Part shown: one piece after another, positions 1 through 10,968 of the stretch | Layout: each line of letters starts with the position of its first letter | Position numbering within the stretch: the stretch's first letter is position 1 | Source: Clostridiales bacterium | Lineage (GTDB): Bacteria; Bacillota; Clostridia; Christensenellales; SZUA-584 | NCBI GenBank assembly: GCA_029265435.1 | Contig: JAJUJH010000004.1 | Location: 1 to 50,841, forward strand | Direction: 5' to 3' | DNA: 50,841 bases | Program-made: the position numbers and the translations under genes | The notes under the pieces: model-generated | What the model was told of the DNA's origin: nothing | Databases searched by the model: none | Seen by the model: only the letters and a program-made list of their open reading frames with translations

Positions 1-708
1 ACCGATGAACCCTGCCACGAATTTATTGGCAGGCCTGTGGAACACATCCTGCGGCGTTCCGATCTGCATGATGTACCCATCTTTCATGATGACGATGCGG
101 TCGCCCAGCGTCATGGCTTCAATTTGGTCGTGCGTCACGTATATGTACGTTGTGTCGATCCTTTGACGCAGCTTGATGATCTCGGCGCGCATCTGGTTTC
201 TGAGCTTCGCGTCAAGGTTAGACAGCGGCTCGTCCATCAGGAACACTTTTGGCTCACGAACGATCGCGCGTCCTATTGCGACACGCTGGCGCTGCCCGCC
301 TGATAGCGCTTTCGGCTTGCGGTCGAGCAAGTCTGTTATGCCGAGTATCTCGGCGGCCTGTGTCACCTTGCGCTTGATTTCGTCCTTTTTCTCCTTGCGA
401 AGCTTAAGAGCAAACGCGAGATTGTCATAAACGGTCATGTGCGGATAAAGCGCGTAGTTCTGGAAAACCATCGCGATATCCCTGTCTTTCGGGGGGACGG
501 CATTGACGAGCTTGTCGTCAATATACAGCTCACCTTCCGTGATCTCCTCGAGCCCCGCCACCATACGCAGCGTGGTCGATTTGCCGCAGCCCGAAGGCCC
601 GACGAGCACAACGAATTCTTTGTCTTTGATTTCAAGATTGAATTCGTGTACGGCTACGACGGATTTGTCGTAAACCTTTTTGATGTTTTTGAGTGTCACC
701 TGTGCCAT
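1..708 (-). CDS. msmX: Sugar ABC transporter ATP-binding subunit, MsmX/MalK/UgpC type (first 236 codons; 3' end lies beyond the left edge)
   Basis: Absent from the ORF track because it is open at the window edge. Manual minus-strand translation from ATG 708-706 gives [49 protein letters not shown]... Walker [10 protein letters not shown], signature LSGGQRQR and Walker [13 protein letters not shown] are present. The frame stays open to position 1. Confidence 0.9.
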   Translation of the reverse strand, partial: MAQVTLKNIKKVYDKSVVAVHEFNLEIKDKEFVVLVGPSGCGKSTTLRMVAGLEEITEGELYIDDKLVNAVPPKDRDIAMVFQNYALYPHMTVYDNLAFALKLRKEKKDEIKRKVTQAAEILGITDLLDRKPKALSGGQRQRVAIGRAIVREPKVFLMDEPLSNLDAKLRNQMRAEIIKLRQRIDTTYIYVTHDQIEAMTLGDRIVIMKDGYIMQIGTPQDVFHRPANKFVAGFIG

Positions 709-969
709 AGATACGGCTCTGCCGCGCACAGCCTCCGCTAACTGCGCAGCTCCCCACCGCCCGAAAAATGTGACGATGGAATTACAGCAGGTCTCCACAC
801 TGCTGCACCGCAAGCCGATGCGGATAATTTTAACCTCCTTTTTTAGCTTCCCGGATGAGCATAGGTGGAGTCATCCGGTATACTTTAATTTGGGCAGCGC
901 CCAAGTTGAGAATCGTACGTTGATTCGGCAGTCATCGCCGGTATAAACCGACGTTATTATATCATACAT

Positions 970-1623
970 TCATGATTCTTGCATCTCTTTTTCAGCCGCC
1001 GGCTCGCATTGCAAATCTTTCCGTAGTAATTTTGCCGTAAAATACAGCGGCATCGACGCGCCGAACAGTATCCAGAACCAGCCGATAAAAGCGAAAACGT
1101 CAAAGACCAGCATCGGAACCGCTATCACCGCCGCTTGCATCAGCATCGCAAGAAGCGTTCTTGGAAGCCGTGCCAGCGTCATCAGCATGGAATTTTTAAT
1201 GTGAGCGCCAAGCTTATTCTCAAACCGCGCCACAAGCGGATAAAACCATACCGACGTCAGCAAAACAACCACCGCAAGCAGACACGAAAATATCAGGAAA
1301 AACATGTTGTCCGGCTCCGAATAGAACACGGCAAACCATATATCCCCCGCGAGCAGCGCCAAACAGACAATTTCGAGCAGCCAGCCCAGCGTCGCCTTCT
1401 TAAAACAGCCTTTGAAATCGCTTATAAACCCTTTCAGCGAGAATCCAATCTTCTCTCCGCGCAATATCCGAATCAGGCTCATATAACAAGCGGCCTCTGC
1501 AGCACCCAGCGTGATAACCGGTATGCTGCAGAGGATGAAAAGAAAATTTAAGATAATTAAATCACTCGCCAAAGTGAGTTTTTGCTTAAGCCATTCCTTA
1601 AAAGCCGCTAATTGCTCTCCCAT
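970..1623 (-). CDS. YesL/DUF624-family integral membrane protein (accessory gene of sugar ABC operons)
   Basis: 217-aa ORF with multiple hydrophobic helices. The N-terminal pattern LIILNFLFILCSIPVITLGAAEAA is typical of DUF624. It sits directly downstream of the permease genes. Confidence 0.75.
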   Translation of the reverse strand: MGEQLAAFKEWLKQKLTLASDLIILNFLFILCSIPVITLGAAEAACYMSLIRILRGEKIGFSLKGFISDFKGCFKKATLGWLLEIVCLALLAGDIWFAVFYSEPDNMFFLIFSCLLAVVVLLTSVWFYPLVARFENKLGAHIKNSMLMTLARLPRTLLAMLMQAAVIAVPMLVFDVFAFIGWFWILFGASMPLYFTAKLLRKDLQCEPAAEKEMQES

Positions 1624-1634
1624 AAACGCTCAGC

Positions 1635-2468
1635 CTATTCTTTGACCGATCCAAGCGCGACGCCCGCTATGATATGCTTCGAAAGTATAAAATACACGAT
1701 CAGCAAAGGCAGCACAGACAGTGTGAGCGCGAGATAAACGGCGCCGTATTCCGTCTTGTATATATCGCCTTTGAGCAGGCTGACCATAATCGGCATCGTG
1801 TAATTCTCTTTTCTCGTCAGCAATATCATCGGAAGGAACAGACTGTTCCAGCTTGTGACGTATGTAAATATCGCCTGCGTCGCCATGGCCGGTTTCATAA
1901 TAGGCAGCACAATCCCGTTGAATATGCGGAATTCGCCCGCTCCGTCGATTCGCGCCGATGCCACAATGTCAAGATTCAAGGACGACATCATATACTGACG
2001 CATAAAGAATACCGTCATCGGCGCCGCAATGCTTGGCAAAATCAGCGCCAGGAAGTTGTTTGTCATGCCGATCTGATACATGAACTGGTAGAACCCGATA
2101 CTGACGACCTGCGTCGGTATCATCATGACCGCCAAAATCAGCGTAAAGAACGGCTGACGAAGCTTCCACCGATATGCAAACAGCGCGTACGCCGTCAGCG
2201 TCGAGAAATATATCGCCAGTATCGTGGCGCCGGTCGAAATAATCAAGGAATTGATAAACCCGGTGAACGGATTGAATGTTTTGCCGTTGAGCACTTGAAT
2301 ATTATTATCAATGTGCGTAGACGGTATCAGCGAAATCGCATGCTGCTGAATCTCCGGTGTGCTGCGCGTCGAGTTCACGATCATGATCCAAAACGGCAGA
2401 ATGCTCAGCAGCGCCAATATAATGCAGACAATATAAACCGGGACATTCGATTTGCTGCGTTTTTTCAT
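1635..2468 (-). CDS. Carbohydrate ABC transporter permease (MalG/AraQ-like)
   Basis: 277-aa polytopic protein with an EAA-loop-like ASARIDGAGEFRIFNGIVLP. Its start overlaps the stop of the upstream permease by 4 nt. Confidence 0.9.
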   Translation of the reverse strand: MKKRSKSNVPVYIVCIILALLSILPFWIMIVNSTRSTPEIQQHAISLIPSTHIDNNIQVLNGKTFNPFTGFINSLIISTGATILAIYFSTLTAYALFAYRWKLRQPFFTLILAVMMIPTQVVSIGFYQFMYQIGMTNNFLALILPSIAAPMTVFFMRQYMMSSLNLDIVASARIDGAGEFRIFNGIVLPIMKPAMATQAIFTYVTSWNSLFLPMILLTRKENYTMPIMVSLLKGDIYKTEYGAVYLALTLSVLPLLIVYFILSKHIIAGVALGSVKE

Positions 2469-3448
2469 GCGTGCGCCTCCTTTCTGGCCCGAAGCATCTC
2501 TCTGCGCGCACGTCTGGCCGCTTTCCTTAAGCGAACTTCATATCTGTCGCGCATCAGGAAAAAGATCAATCCGGATAAAAGCGCAATAATGACAAACATG
2601 ATCATGCTGGCCGCAGCCGCAGTATTGTAAAGATATGTGCCGCTGAACGCCTGCGAATAGATGAATACGCTCGTCGTCATTGTCGCGTTGGCCGGCCCGC
2701 CGTTCCAGATGAACAGCTTCGGTATGTCGAACATGTTGAGGCCGCCGATTAAGCTTGTGATCAGCGTAAAAATCATGATATTCCGCAGGCATGGAATCGT
2801 CACACGCCAGAAGGTCTGAGCGGAACTCGCACCGTCGATTTCCGCCGCTTCAAACAATTCGGGATTGATGCCCAGCACACCGGAAATCAGTATGATGGTC
2901 GTATAGCCGTACCACATCCAGAATTGGATAAATGCGACAATCAGCTTGGCCGCCAGAGCATCGTTTGTAAAATAGAATGCCTCTCCGCCAAACGTCTTGA
3001 TCAAATCGTTGACAGGCCCTACCGGATAACCGAAGATCGCGGCGAACAAAACAGCCACCGTCGCGGCTGTGATGATATTCGGCAGATAGAACATCACCTT
3101 AAATGCGCCTTGGCCGCGAATCCTCCGCCTGCTGCTTGTAAACCATGCCGTCAGCAGCATCGCAAGACCCAGCTGAGGTATAAAATTCATCAGCCATATG
3201 ATCACGGTATTGGCCAGAGCATTGAGAAATGTTTTGTTTTGCAGTATGCTTGCAAAATTTGCAAATGGTTCTTTAAGAAAATGATATGTCGTCGTTGCGA
3301 CACCTTTAAAATCCGTAAAGCCAAGAATGGCCGTAAATATCGTCGGATAGAGCATGAAGATCAGAAATGCGACAATGAACGGAATACTGAAATAGTAACC
3401 ATACTTGGCATAACTGACGCTCTTCAAAGCTTTGCTTTTCTGAAGCAT
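2465..3448 (-). CDS. Carbohydrate ABC transporter permease (MalF/AraP-like)
   Basis: The ORF 2465..3523 was trimmed to ATG 3448 (MLQKSKALK...), which follows the SD-like GGGGGAAA. EAA loop EAAEIDGASSAQTFWRVTIP is present. The C-terminus has a basic Arg/Lys-rich tail. Confidence 0.85.
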   Translation of the reverse strand: MLQKSKALKSVSYAKYGYYFSIPFIVAFLIFMLYPTIFTAILGFTDFKGVATTTYHFLKEPFANFASILQNKTFLNALANTVIIWLMNFIPQLGLAMLLTAWFTSSRRRIRGQGAFKVMFYLPNIITAATVAVLFAAIFGYPVGPVNDLIKTFGGEAFYFTNDALAAKLIVAFIQFWMWYGYTTIILISGVLGINPELFEAAEIDGASSAQTFWRVTIPCLRNIMIFTLITSLIGGLNMFDIPKLFIWNGGPANATMTTSVFIYSQAFSGTYLYNTAAAASMIMFVIIALLSGLIFFLMRDRYEVRLRKAARRARREMLRARKEAHA

Positions 3449-3555
3449 ATCGGTTTCCCCCAATGGCGAGATTTTGGCTGGAAATAACGGCTGTGGACGG
3501 ACGGAAGAATTCCGTCCGTCCACATACGCGTTTTACATAATCAGTTATCTGTTGA

Positions 3556-4992
3556 TTACTCAACAGCGAGGCCAAGCTGGTCAGCCACAGATTGCTTGAA
3601 CGCCTTGATCGCGTCGTCACGGCTGATTTTGCCTGCCGCATACTGGCGGACCTGGTCACGCCAGATGTTGTTGATCGTCTCGTCGTACTGCGTCAGGTTG
3701 GAGCCGTTCGCAGCAGCGTTCGCTTTGCCGAACACGTCGAACATATTCTGTCCGCCGAGGAAGTCCAGCTTGCCGTCGGACATCGCCATAACGGTGTTGG
3801 AAGCAACCGTATCCTTTGTGCCGGCCGTATCATAGAGTGTGCCGTTGGCCCAGGCATACTGGAGGCTGTCCTTGTCGCACTGGAGGGTAATCCAATCGAT
3901 CAGCGTTGCAACAGCTTCCTTCTTGTCGGAGTCCTTGTTGGCCAGCAGCCATGTGCCGCCCCAGAAGAATCCCACAGGAGCCTCGCAGACCGCCCAGTCG
4001 CCATAGGTGCCGCCCGGGGTCTTCACTGTTCCGTCGTCATTCATTTCGGAACCGCTGTTCTTGACCATGACATAGTTGATCAGCCAAGCGGGTCCCATGA
4101 ATCCGAATACCGGTTTCTCACCGATGCCCTGCATGTCGGCATACCAAGCGTCTGTCCAGTCCTGAGTAATGTTGGAATACTTTTTGTCCGTCAGCGTCTT
4201 AGAATAGTCTAAGAAGGCTTCGCGTTTCGGGTCGATATTGAGCTTGCCGTCAACCACCCACGGTGTGTCGGAGCTGTTCTCAATGGCGTGCCAGATGTCG
4301 CCGTCGCCGGAAACAATGGCATAACCCTTCTTCTTGAGCTCTTCGGCAGCGGCAAAGAACTTATCCCAGCCGGGGCCGATCTTTGATGTGATAGTAGCCG
4401 GATCGTCCGTTCCCCAAACATCCTTCGCGATGGAGCGGCGGTAAATAAACGCGCTGCCCGTCGCCTGGTAGCCTAGGCCGACCAGAGCGTTGTCGCTCGG
4501 GCGGGTTCCGATCTGAACGGTATACTGAGCGATGTCCGCAGCTTTGATCTCCGCGTCCACATCGATTCCGAGGTCAGCATACGGGCAGGCATAGCTCGAC
4601 ATATCGCCCTGTGTATACTTCAGAACGAAAGCGGATTCTGCGCAGTACATATCCGGAGCCTCGTCGCCGCCGGCCGTCAGAGCCTGGTCGAGAGCGGGCT
4701 GATACAGACCGTCCGTCGTCGCGATGATCGTCGCGTTTACAGTGTAACCGAAATCCGGATGGGTGTCGATATACCGCTGTACCATTTTCGGCACTTCATC
4801 GGTGAACGAATAAAGGTTGATGACCTTGTCACCAGCCGGTTCCGCGCTGGCCGATTCGCTGGGCGACTCGCTTGCCGGCGCCGACGCAGACGCGCTTTCA
4901 GACGGCGATTGAGAAGCGGCAGGCGCAGAGCATCCCGCAAACACAACCAAAACCATCACAAGACTCAATAAAACCGCGATTGTTTTTTTCAT
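3556..4992 (-). CDS. Extracellular sugar-binding lipoprotein of the ABC transporter
   Basis: Trimmed to ATG 4992. MKKTIAVLLSLVMVLVVFAGC is a lipoprotein signal with a lipobox Cys, followed by a Ser/Ala/Glu-rich linker. The size is typical of family-1 solute-binding proteins. Confidence 0.85.
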   Translation of the reverse strand: MKKTIAVLLSLVMVLVVFAGCSAPAASQSPSESASASAPASESPSESASAEPAGDKVINLYSFTDEVPKMVQRYIDTHPDFGYTVNATIIATTDGLYQPALDQALTAGGDEAPDMYCAESAFVLKYTQGDMSSYACPYADLGIDVDAEIKAADIAQYTVQIGTRPSDNALVGLGYQATGSAFIYRRSIAKDVWGTDDPATITSKIGPGWDKFFAAAEELKKKGYAIVSGDGDIWHAIENSSDTPWVVDGKLNIDPKREAFLDYSKTLTDKKYSNITQDWTDAWYADMQGIGEKPVFGFMGPAWLINYVMVKNSGSEMNDDGTVKTPGGTYGDWAVCEAPVGFFWGGTWLLANKDSDKKEAVATLIDWITLQCDKDSLQYAWANGTLYDTAGTKDTVASNTVMAMSDGKLDFLGGQNMFDVFGKANAAANGSNLTQYDETINNIWRDQVRQYAAGKISRDDAIKAFKQSVADQLGLAVE

Positions 4993-5082
4993 TGCTTCTA
5001 TGTTTCCTCCTTTTTTTATTGCACACGCGGTGAAGCGCATGCCAAACTGGAAATATGACAAGATTCCCGAGGAACCCAAGCT

Positions 5083-6117
5083 TCAAAAATCAGCAGCCGA
5101 TACCGACGCGTTCAGCTTTTTGACCGTTCTTCCCTCAACCAGATACGTCGGAACGGTCAGCTGCTGGGGAATATATGTTTTGGGTGAAACGATGGCCTCG
5201 ATCAGCTTTTCGGCCGCCTTTTTCCCCAGCGTCTCGGTGTCCTGCTTGAGCGTCGTCAGCCTTGGGCGCAGCACTTCGGAGAGATAAATTCCGTCGTGCC
5301 CCACAACGCTGATGTCGTCGGGGATCTCAAGCCCATGCCGCTCAATTTCATTCATGCCGCCGATGAATGAAAAATCATCGGGGTACATGATGCATGTGGG
5401 CCGGACCGGCAGGGAGAGAAGCTCCCGAGTGGCCAGCCCGCTCGCTTTCGGATCGTGATAAAACGCCTGTTTCACATATTCGTCCGGCGTTTCAATACCA
5501 AGCTCCGCGCATGTCCTGTGGAAGCTGGCAAGCCTCTTCTGAGTCACTGAAGTGTCTTCGCCGTGGATATAGGCGATCCTTCGATGCCCGCACTCATACA
5601 GATAATGCACAAGCTGCCGGATGCACTCGATGTTGTCGGACAGAATCGCCGTCCTGTTGTCAAACACGTGGTCAATCGTTACCGTGGGTATCTCGCTGCT
5701 GACCAGCTCGACCACGTCCGGGTCTTTGAAGTTGACGCTTGCAATCACCACGCCGTCGCAGTTGCGGTATTTGCAATGCTCGTAGTAGCTCATTTCAAAC
5801 CGGCCGATGTTCTTGCTGATAAATGTGACGTCGAACCCTCTGCTTTCCGCTTCCACCTTAAAGCTGTTGAGCACGGACGAGAAGTATTCATGCGTCAAAC
5901 CGCAATGCGTCTGATCCACAAACAGCACGCCGAGATTGTTCGAGCGGTTCGTTTTGAGCGCGCGCGCCGTCGCATTGGGCAGATACCCCATCTCTTTGGC
6001 CACACTGCGTATATATTCCGCCGTCTCTTCACCGATATCCGGATAGCCGTTGAGCGCTTTGCTGACGGTGGCGGCGGAAACGCCGCACCTTTTCGATATA
6101 TCCTTTATTGTGACCAT
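5083..6117 (-). CDS. LacI/GalR-family transcriptional regulator
   Basis: N-terminal HTH MVTIKDISKRCGVSAATVSKALNG followed by a periplasmic-binding-fold sugar-sensor domain, 344 aa in total. Confidence 0.9.
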   Translation of the reverse strand: MVTIKDISKRCGVSAATVSKALNGYPDIGEETAEYIRSVAKEMGYLPNATARALKTNRSNNLGVLFVDQTHCGLTHEYFSSVLNSFKVEAESRGFDVTFISKNIGRFEMSYYEHCKYRNCDGVVIASVNFKDPDVVELVSSEIPTVTIDHVFDNRTAILSDNIECIRQLVHYLYECGHRRIAYIHGEDTSVTQKRLASFHRTCAELGIETPDEYVKQAFYHDPKASGLATRELLSLPVRPTCIMYPDDFSFIGGMNEIERHGLEIPDDISVVGHDGIYLSEVLRPRLTTLKQDTETLGKKAAEKLIEAIVSPKTYIPQQLTVPTYLVEGRTVKKLNASVSAADF

Positions 6118-6387
6118 TCGACACCCCTTAGAAACGATTATAAAGGATTATACCTACTCATCGCGTCTAAATCATTTATCATACTTTCACATCAAATATG
6201 GCTTAATCGTTTTCGCGCTCTTATTATATAGCATCATTTTCCGATAAGTCAATAGGGTTAAACAATAAAAAATCGGCGCTCGCCGCTGTTTTTTCATCCA
6301 TATATTCGTTTTATACTCAATATTCTGTCTGTTTTTTTTAAAATATCTTTACTTTTTACACGCGGACGTATAGAATAATCCACGAAT

Positions 6388-6403
6388 ACGAAATCGTTAT
6401 CGT
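6388..6403. promoter_or_regulatory. Candidate LacI-type operator ACGAAATCGTTATCGT (12 of 16 positions palindromic, central CG)
   Basis: Lies 36 nt upstream of the GH94 start. Related TAATCGTTT copies occur at 6204-6215 and, inverted, at 6131-6140. Confidence 0.3.
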
Positions 6404-6438
6404 TTATTTTATCACACACGATACAGGAGATCACCGCA

Positions 6439-8862
6439 ATGAAATATGGTCATTTTGACGACGCAGCAAAGGAATATGTGATTGAAACGCCGGCCACGCC
6501 GATGCCCTGGATCAACTATCTTGGCAGCAGCGATTTTTTCAGCATCATTTCCAATACGGCGGGCGGATACTGTTTTTACAAAGACGCAAAGCTCCGCCGC
6601 ATCACGCGCTACCGCTACAACAACGTCCCTTACGATCAGGACGGGCGCCATTACTATATCAAGGAGAACGATACGGTATGGAACCCCGGCTTTTTGCCGT
6701 CCAAAACGGCTCTCGACAGCTACAGGTGCCGTCACGGCCTGAACTATACGATATTTGAAAGCGCCAAAAATGCGCTGGCCGTCAGGCTGACGTGTTTTGT
6801 GCCCCTCGGCGAAAGCTGCGAAATCAATATGCTGACGCTTAAGAACGAAGGTTCGGCTCAAAAAACGGTCCAGCTTTACAGCGCCGTCGAATGGTGCCTG
6901 TGGGACGCTTCCGACGACTCTCTCAATTTCCAGCGCAATTTGAGCATCGGCGAAGTGGAGATCGACGGCAGCGTGATCTACCACAAAACCGAATACCGCG
7001 AAAGGCGCGACCATTACGCTTTTTACAGCGTAAACGCCCCCGTAAACGGTTTCGATACCGACCGCGAAACATTCATCGGCCGCTTTTCCTCATGGGAAGC
7101 GCCGCAGATGGTTTGCGCGGGAAAAAGCGGCAACAGCGTGGCAAGCGGCTGGTCTCCCATCGGCAGCCACCGCATCGATATGACGCTTGACGCGGGAGAG
7201 GAAAAGACGTTCATATTTATGATCGGATATGCGGAAAACACGCCCGAAGATAAATGGGAAAGCAAAGGCGTTGTCAACAAGACGAAAGCCAAAGCGATGA
7301 TCAAGCGCTTTGCCCGCAGGGAGGACGTCGAATCCGCCTTTGACGCGCTGAAAGAGCACTGGGCGCGGCTTTTAAGCCGATTCACGCTTCAAAGCCCCAA
7401 CGAGAAGCTCAACCGCGCGGTAAACATATGGAACCAGTACCAGTGCATGATCACGTTTAATTTGAGCCGTAGCGCCAGCTATTTTGAAAGCGGCGTCGGC
7501 CGCGGAATGGGCTTCCGCGACAGCTGTCAGGACCTGCTCGGATTTGTCCATCTTGTGCCCGAACGCGCACGCGAGCGCATACTCGATATCGCCGCCGTCC
7601 AGTTTGAGGACGGAAGCACCTATCACCAGTATCAGCCGCTGACCAAGCGCGGCAACACCGATGTCGGCACGGGCTTTAACGACGACCCGCTGTGGCTTGT
7701 CGCCTGTACGGCCGCGTACATCCGCGAAACGGGCGATTACGGCATACTGGACGAGCCAGTTCCGTTCGACAACAAGCCGGGCAGCGAAAAGCCGCTTTTC
7801 GAGCATCTGCGCCGCAGCATCAATTATACCGTCACGCACAAAGGGCCTCACGGCCTGCCGCTCATCGGCCGGGCGGACTGGAACGATTGCTTGAACCTGA
7901 ACTGCTTTTCCGACAAGCCGGGCGAAAGTTTCCAGACCGTCGCCAACTTTGAAAGCGGAAAGGCGGAAAGCGTGCTGATAGCGGGCATGTTCGCCAAATA
8001 CGGCCGCGAATATGCGGAAATCTGCCGCCGATACGGCTCAAAAGAGGAGGCCGACGCCGTCATGCGCGAGGTGGAGCAGATGAGCGAGGCGGTCATCCAG
8101 CATGGCTGGGACGGCGAATGGTTCCTTCGTGCCTACAACGCCTTCGAAGAAAAAGTCGGCAGCCGCGAATGCGAGGAAGGCCAGATATTCATCGAGCCGC
8201 AGGGATTCTGCGTGATGGGAGGCATCGGCATAAAGGAAGGGCTCGCTGAGCGCGCGCTCAAATCCGTCAGGGAACGCCTTCTCAACGATTACGGCGTCGA
8301 GCTGCTCGCCCCCTGCTACACCGAATACCATAAGGAGCTTGGGGAGATTACAAGCTATCCGCCTTCGTATAAGGAAAACGGCTCGATATTCTGCCATAAC
8401 AACCCGTGGATCGCCATAGCCGAGGCGGAGCTTGGCCATGCCGAAGAAGCCTTCGATGTTTACAGGCGCACCTGCCCTGCTTATGTGGAAGAATTCAGCG
8501 ACGTGCACAGAACCGAGCCGTATGTATACAGCCAGATGATCGCGGGGCGCAGCGCCGCCCGTTACGGCGAAGCCAAAAACAGCTGGCTCACGGGAACCGC
8601 GGCATGGTCTTTCGTCTGCGTGAGCCAGGCGCTTCTCGGCATCACGCCCACCTTTGAAGGCCTCAAGATCAAGCCGTGCATACCGGCGGAGCTGACAAGC
8701 TATACGGTCAAGCGCGTGTTCCGCGGCGCGGAATATACGATCACCGTCCATAACAGCGGCAGAAAAAGCTTTGAAATGATCGTGGACGGAAAAGCGGTGG
8801 ACGGAAACGTCATTCCGTTTGAAAACGGCAAAAAAACGTATCGCGCAGAGGTGTATATCTGA
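6439..8862 (+). CDS. GH94 disaccharide phosphorylase (cellobiose-phosphorylase-like)
   Basis: 807 aa. The N-terminus [22 protein letters not shown] and the overall length match cellobiose/chitobiose phosphorylases of GH94 as I recall them. An exact substrate cannot be assigned. Confidence 0.85.
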   Translation: MKYGHFDDAAKEYVIETPATPMPWINYLGSSDFFSIISNTAGGYCFYKDAKLRRITRYRYNNVPYDQDGRHYYIKENDTVWNPGFLPSKTALDSYRCRHGLNYTIFESAKNALAVRLTCFVPLGESCEINMLTLKNEGSAQKTVQLYSAVEWCLWDASDDSLNFQRNLSIGEVEIDGSVIYHKTEYRERRDHYAFYSVNAPVNGFDTDRETFIGRFSSWEAPQMVCAGKSGNSVASGWSPIGSHRIDMTLDAGEEKTFIFMIGYAENTPEDKWESKGVVNKTKAKAMIKRFARREDVESAFDALKEHWARLLSRFTLQSPNEKLNRAVNIWNQYQCMITFNLSRSASYFESGVGRGMGFRDSCQDLLGFVHLVPERARERILDIAAVQFEDGSTYHQYQPLTKRGNTDVGTGFNDDPLWLVACTAAYIRETGDYGILDEPVPFDNKPGSEKPLFEHLRRSINYTVTHKGPHGLPLIGRADWNDCLNLNCFSDKPGESFQTVANFESGKAESVLIAGMFAKYGREYAEICRRYGSKEEADAVMREVEQMSEAVIQHGWDGEWFLRAYNAFEEKVGSRECEEGQIFIEPQGFCVMGGIGIKEGLAERALKSVRERLLNDYGVELLAPCYTEYHKELGEITSYPPSYKENGSIFCHNNPWIAIAEAELGHAEEAFDVYRRTCPAYVEEFSDVHRTEPYVYSQMIAGRSAARYGEAKNSWLTGTAAWSFVCVSQALLGITPTFEGLKIKPCIPAELTSYTVKRVFRGAEYTITVHNSGRKSFEMIVDGKAVDGNVIPFENGKKTYRAEVYI

Positions 8863-10211
8863 TGGCTTTTCCCGAAGGATTCATTTGGGGCGCCGCCAGC
8901 AGCGCGTATCAAACGGAAGGCGCCGCCAAAGAAGATGGCAAAGGCTCAAGCGTGTGGGACGACTTCTGTCTGCGCAGCGGCGCGATCCCTTACGGCGAGA
9001 GCGGCGAGATCGCTTGCGACGCTTATCACCGCTATGAGGAGGATATCGGCCTCATGAAGCGGTTCGGCATACGGGCTTACCGGTTTTCATTGAGCTGGCC
9101 GCGCATACTGCCCGAAGGCCGGGGCGCGGTCAATGAGAAGGGGCTTGACTATTACGACGCGCTTGTCGACAAGCTGCTCGAAAACGGCATCGAGCCGATG
9201 CCGACGCTGTATCATTGGGATACGCCGTCTGCGCTCGGCGCAAAGGGCGGATGGGAAAACCGAGACATCATATATGCGTTCGAGGAATATTCGGCGCTCG
9301 TCGCGCGGCGTTTCGCGGGACGTGTGCGCACCTATATTCCCCTCAACGAACCGCAGTGTTTCCTGTCGCTGGGGCACGAACGCGGGCTGCATGCGCCGGG
9401 GCTCAAACTGCCCAAAAGCAGAATATTCGTCTGTATGCACAATGTGCTGCTGGCTCAGGGGCTGTCGATCAGGGCGCTGCGCGGTGAAAGTCCGGACGGT
9501 GTCGCTATCGGCACGGCCTCGACCGGACGCCTTTGCTATCCCGCTTCCGATGCGCCCGCCTTTTGCGATGCCGCCGAGAGATCGACATTCGTCGTTTCGG
9601 GAGAGGATTGGCTGTTTTCGCACAACCTGTTTCTTGACCCGCTGGTTTTTGGCCGTTATCCCGAATGCGATGTGCCCGGTATGGGCGAATTCGCATCGGC
9701 GGTTCGCCCCGAAGACTGGCAGATCATCCGGCAGAAAGTCGATTTTATCGGCCTCAATATCTACAACGGGCGCGAGGTGGATGAAGCCGGAAGGGATGTG
9801 GCGAAATATCCGGGCTATCCGCGCACGGCAATGAAATGGCCGGTGACGCCCAAGGTGCTGCGCTTCGGCCCTCGCTGGATATTCAAACGCTATGGCCTGC
9901 CCGTCATGATTACGGAAAACGGCCAGTCCTGCAACGACCGCATTTTTGTTGACGGACGGGTGCACGACCCCGACCGCATCGATTTTCTTGAGCGCTATCT
10001 GACGGAGCTTTGCAAGGCCTGTGGAGACGGCGTGCCTGTTCTTGGATACCTGCACTGGAGCCTGACGGACAACTTCGAATGGCATAACGGTTACGACGAG
10101 CGTTTCGGATTGATTTATATCGATTATGTCACTCAAAAACGGATACCCAAAGACTCGGCTGAATGGTATTCGAAACTGATATCAACCAACGGCAGCGAGC
10201 TGTCCTGTTGA
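8862..10211 (+). CDS. bglA: GH1 beta-glucosidase / 6-phospho-beta-glucosidase family
   Basis: 449 aa. GH1 motifs are present: FIWGAASSAYQTEGA, acid/base LNEP and nucleophile ITENG. The start overlaps the GH94 stop (TGATG). Confidence 0.9.
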   Translation: MAFPEGFIWGAASSAYQTEGAAKEDGKGSSVWDDFCLRSGAIPYGESGEIACDAYHRYEEDIGLMKRFGIRAYRFSLSWPRILPEGRGAVNEKGLDYYDALVDKLLENGIEPMPTLYHWDTPSALGAKGGWENRDIIYAFEEYSALVARRFAGRVRTYIPLNEPQCFLSLGHERGLHAPGLKLPKSRIFVCMHNVLLAQGLSIRALRGESPDGVAIGTASTGRLCYPASDAPAFCDAAERSTFVVSGEDWLFSHNLFLDPLVFGRYPECDVPGMGEFASAVRPEDWQIIRQKVDFIGLNIYNGREVDEAGRDVAKYPGYPRTAMKWPVTPKVLRFGPRWIFKRYGLPVMITENGQSCNDRIFVDGRVHDPDRIDFLERYLTELCKACGDGVPVLGYLHWSLTDNFEWHNGYDERFGLIYIDYVTQKRIPKDSAEWYSKLISTNGSELSC

Positions 10212-10285
10212 TCCAAAATGCACTCGGTGCGTTTTGTATATCTCTCAGTATCATTTTTCGTTTTTTGTTATGTCGATATGAAAAT

Positions 10286-10316
10286 GCCCGGAGACGTGAA
10301 CGCCCCGGGCTTTTTT
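10286..10316. terminator. Intrinsic terminator between convergent genes (bidirectional)
   Basis: GCCCGG-N12-CCGGGC hairpin followed by TTTTTTC on the plus strand, and preceded by an A-rich run for the minus-strand gene. Confidence 0.65.
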
Positions 10317-10364
10317 CTTTTCAAGCAGCCACCGCCAAAAATCGGCCCGACTGCAAGCCTTTTA

Positions 10365-10799
10365 TTATTGCTGCACCGGCGGCTGAACGGGCGCGACGGG
10401 CGGTTTTTCCTTGACGAGCGCAAATATGCCGCCCAGCGTAAACAGCGTCATCGACAGCCAGTTGAACGAGAGCACCAGGCTGATGCCCGCCGCCACGATC
10501 ATCAATATGCCGGCCGTGGTGCTGTTTTTCTGCACCATTGTGCCGCCCACCAATCCAAGCACGCCGCACGCGGCATTGATTACCCCCCAAATGATAAGCA
10601 CGATACCGGCGATGCTTGTTGAGAGATTGAAAATGTCATCGGTCAAAAAGAACGGCTTCACGTTAAAACTGCGGCATATGTCCATCACAAAGTTGGTATT
10701 GATCGAAAGTAAAAGAATGCCAAAAATGATGATGGCCAGCGCCGCCAGAAACGAAATCGCACCGCCGATGATACCCAAAACCATGCTTGCTTTTTTCAT
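10365..10799 (-). CDS. Small polytopic membrane protein (DUF4064-like), Pro/Val/Gln-rich C-terminus
   Basis: 144 aa. MKKASMVLGIIGGAISFLAALAIIIFG plus three further hydrophobic segments. Confidence 0.7.
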   Translation of the reverse strand: MKKASMVLGIIGGAISFLAALAIIIFGILLLSINTNFVMDICRSFNVKPFFLTDDIFNLSTSIAGIVLIIWGVINAACGVLGLVGGTMVQKNSTTAGILMIVAAGISLVLSFNWLSMTLFTLGGIFALVKEKPPVAPVQPPVQQ

Positions 10800-10968
10800 G
10801 TGACCCTCCTGCCCAAAATCGGGCTGTTCTTATAATATTATACCATTTTGATTATATACTATATGCCGTCACAGTACAATACATAACCTGAGTATATTTG
10901 AAAATCGCGGCGGATTTCCACACTGCCCAAAAAGCAGAGCGCCTCGGCACAGACTGGCGCCCTCCGCT

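Noticed and set aside
851-878. 8-bp hairpin CCGGATGA-N12-TCATCCGG in the 260-nt gap between yesL and the left-edge msmX
   Set aside because: No U-tract or recognisable regulatory consensus is present. It could be a processing or terminator element, but the sequence alone does not support a call.
6266-6296. Terminator-like A-run / GC hairpin / T-run (AAAAAATCGGCGCTCGCCGCTGTTTTTT) inside the divergent lacI / GH94 intergenic region
   Set aside because: The stem is only 4-5 bp with a minimal loop, and the position between divergent promoters gives it no obvious gene to terminate. It is probably fortuitous.
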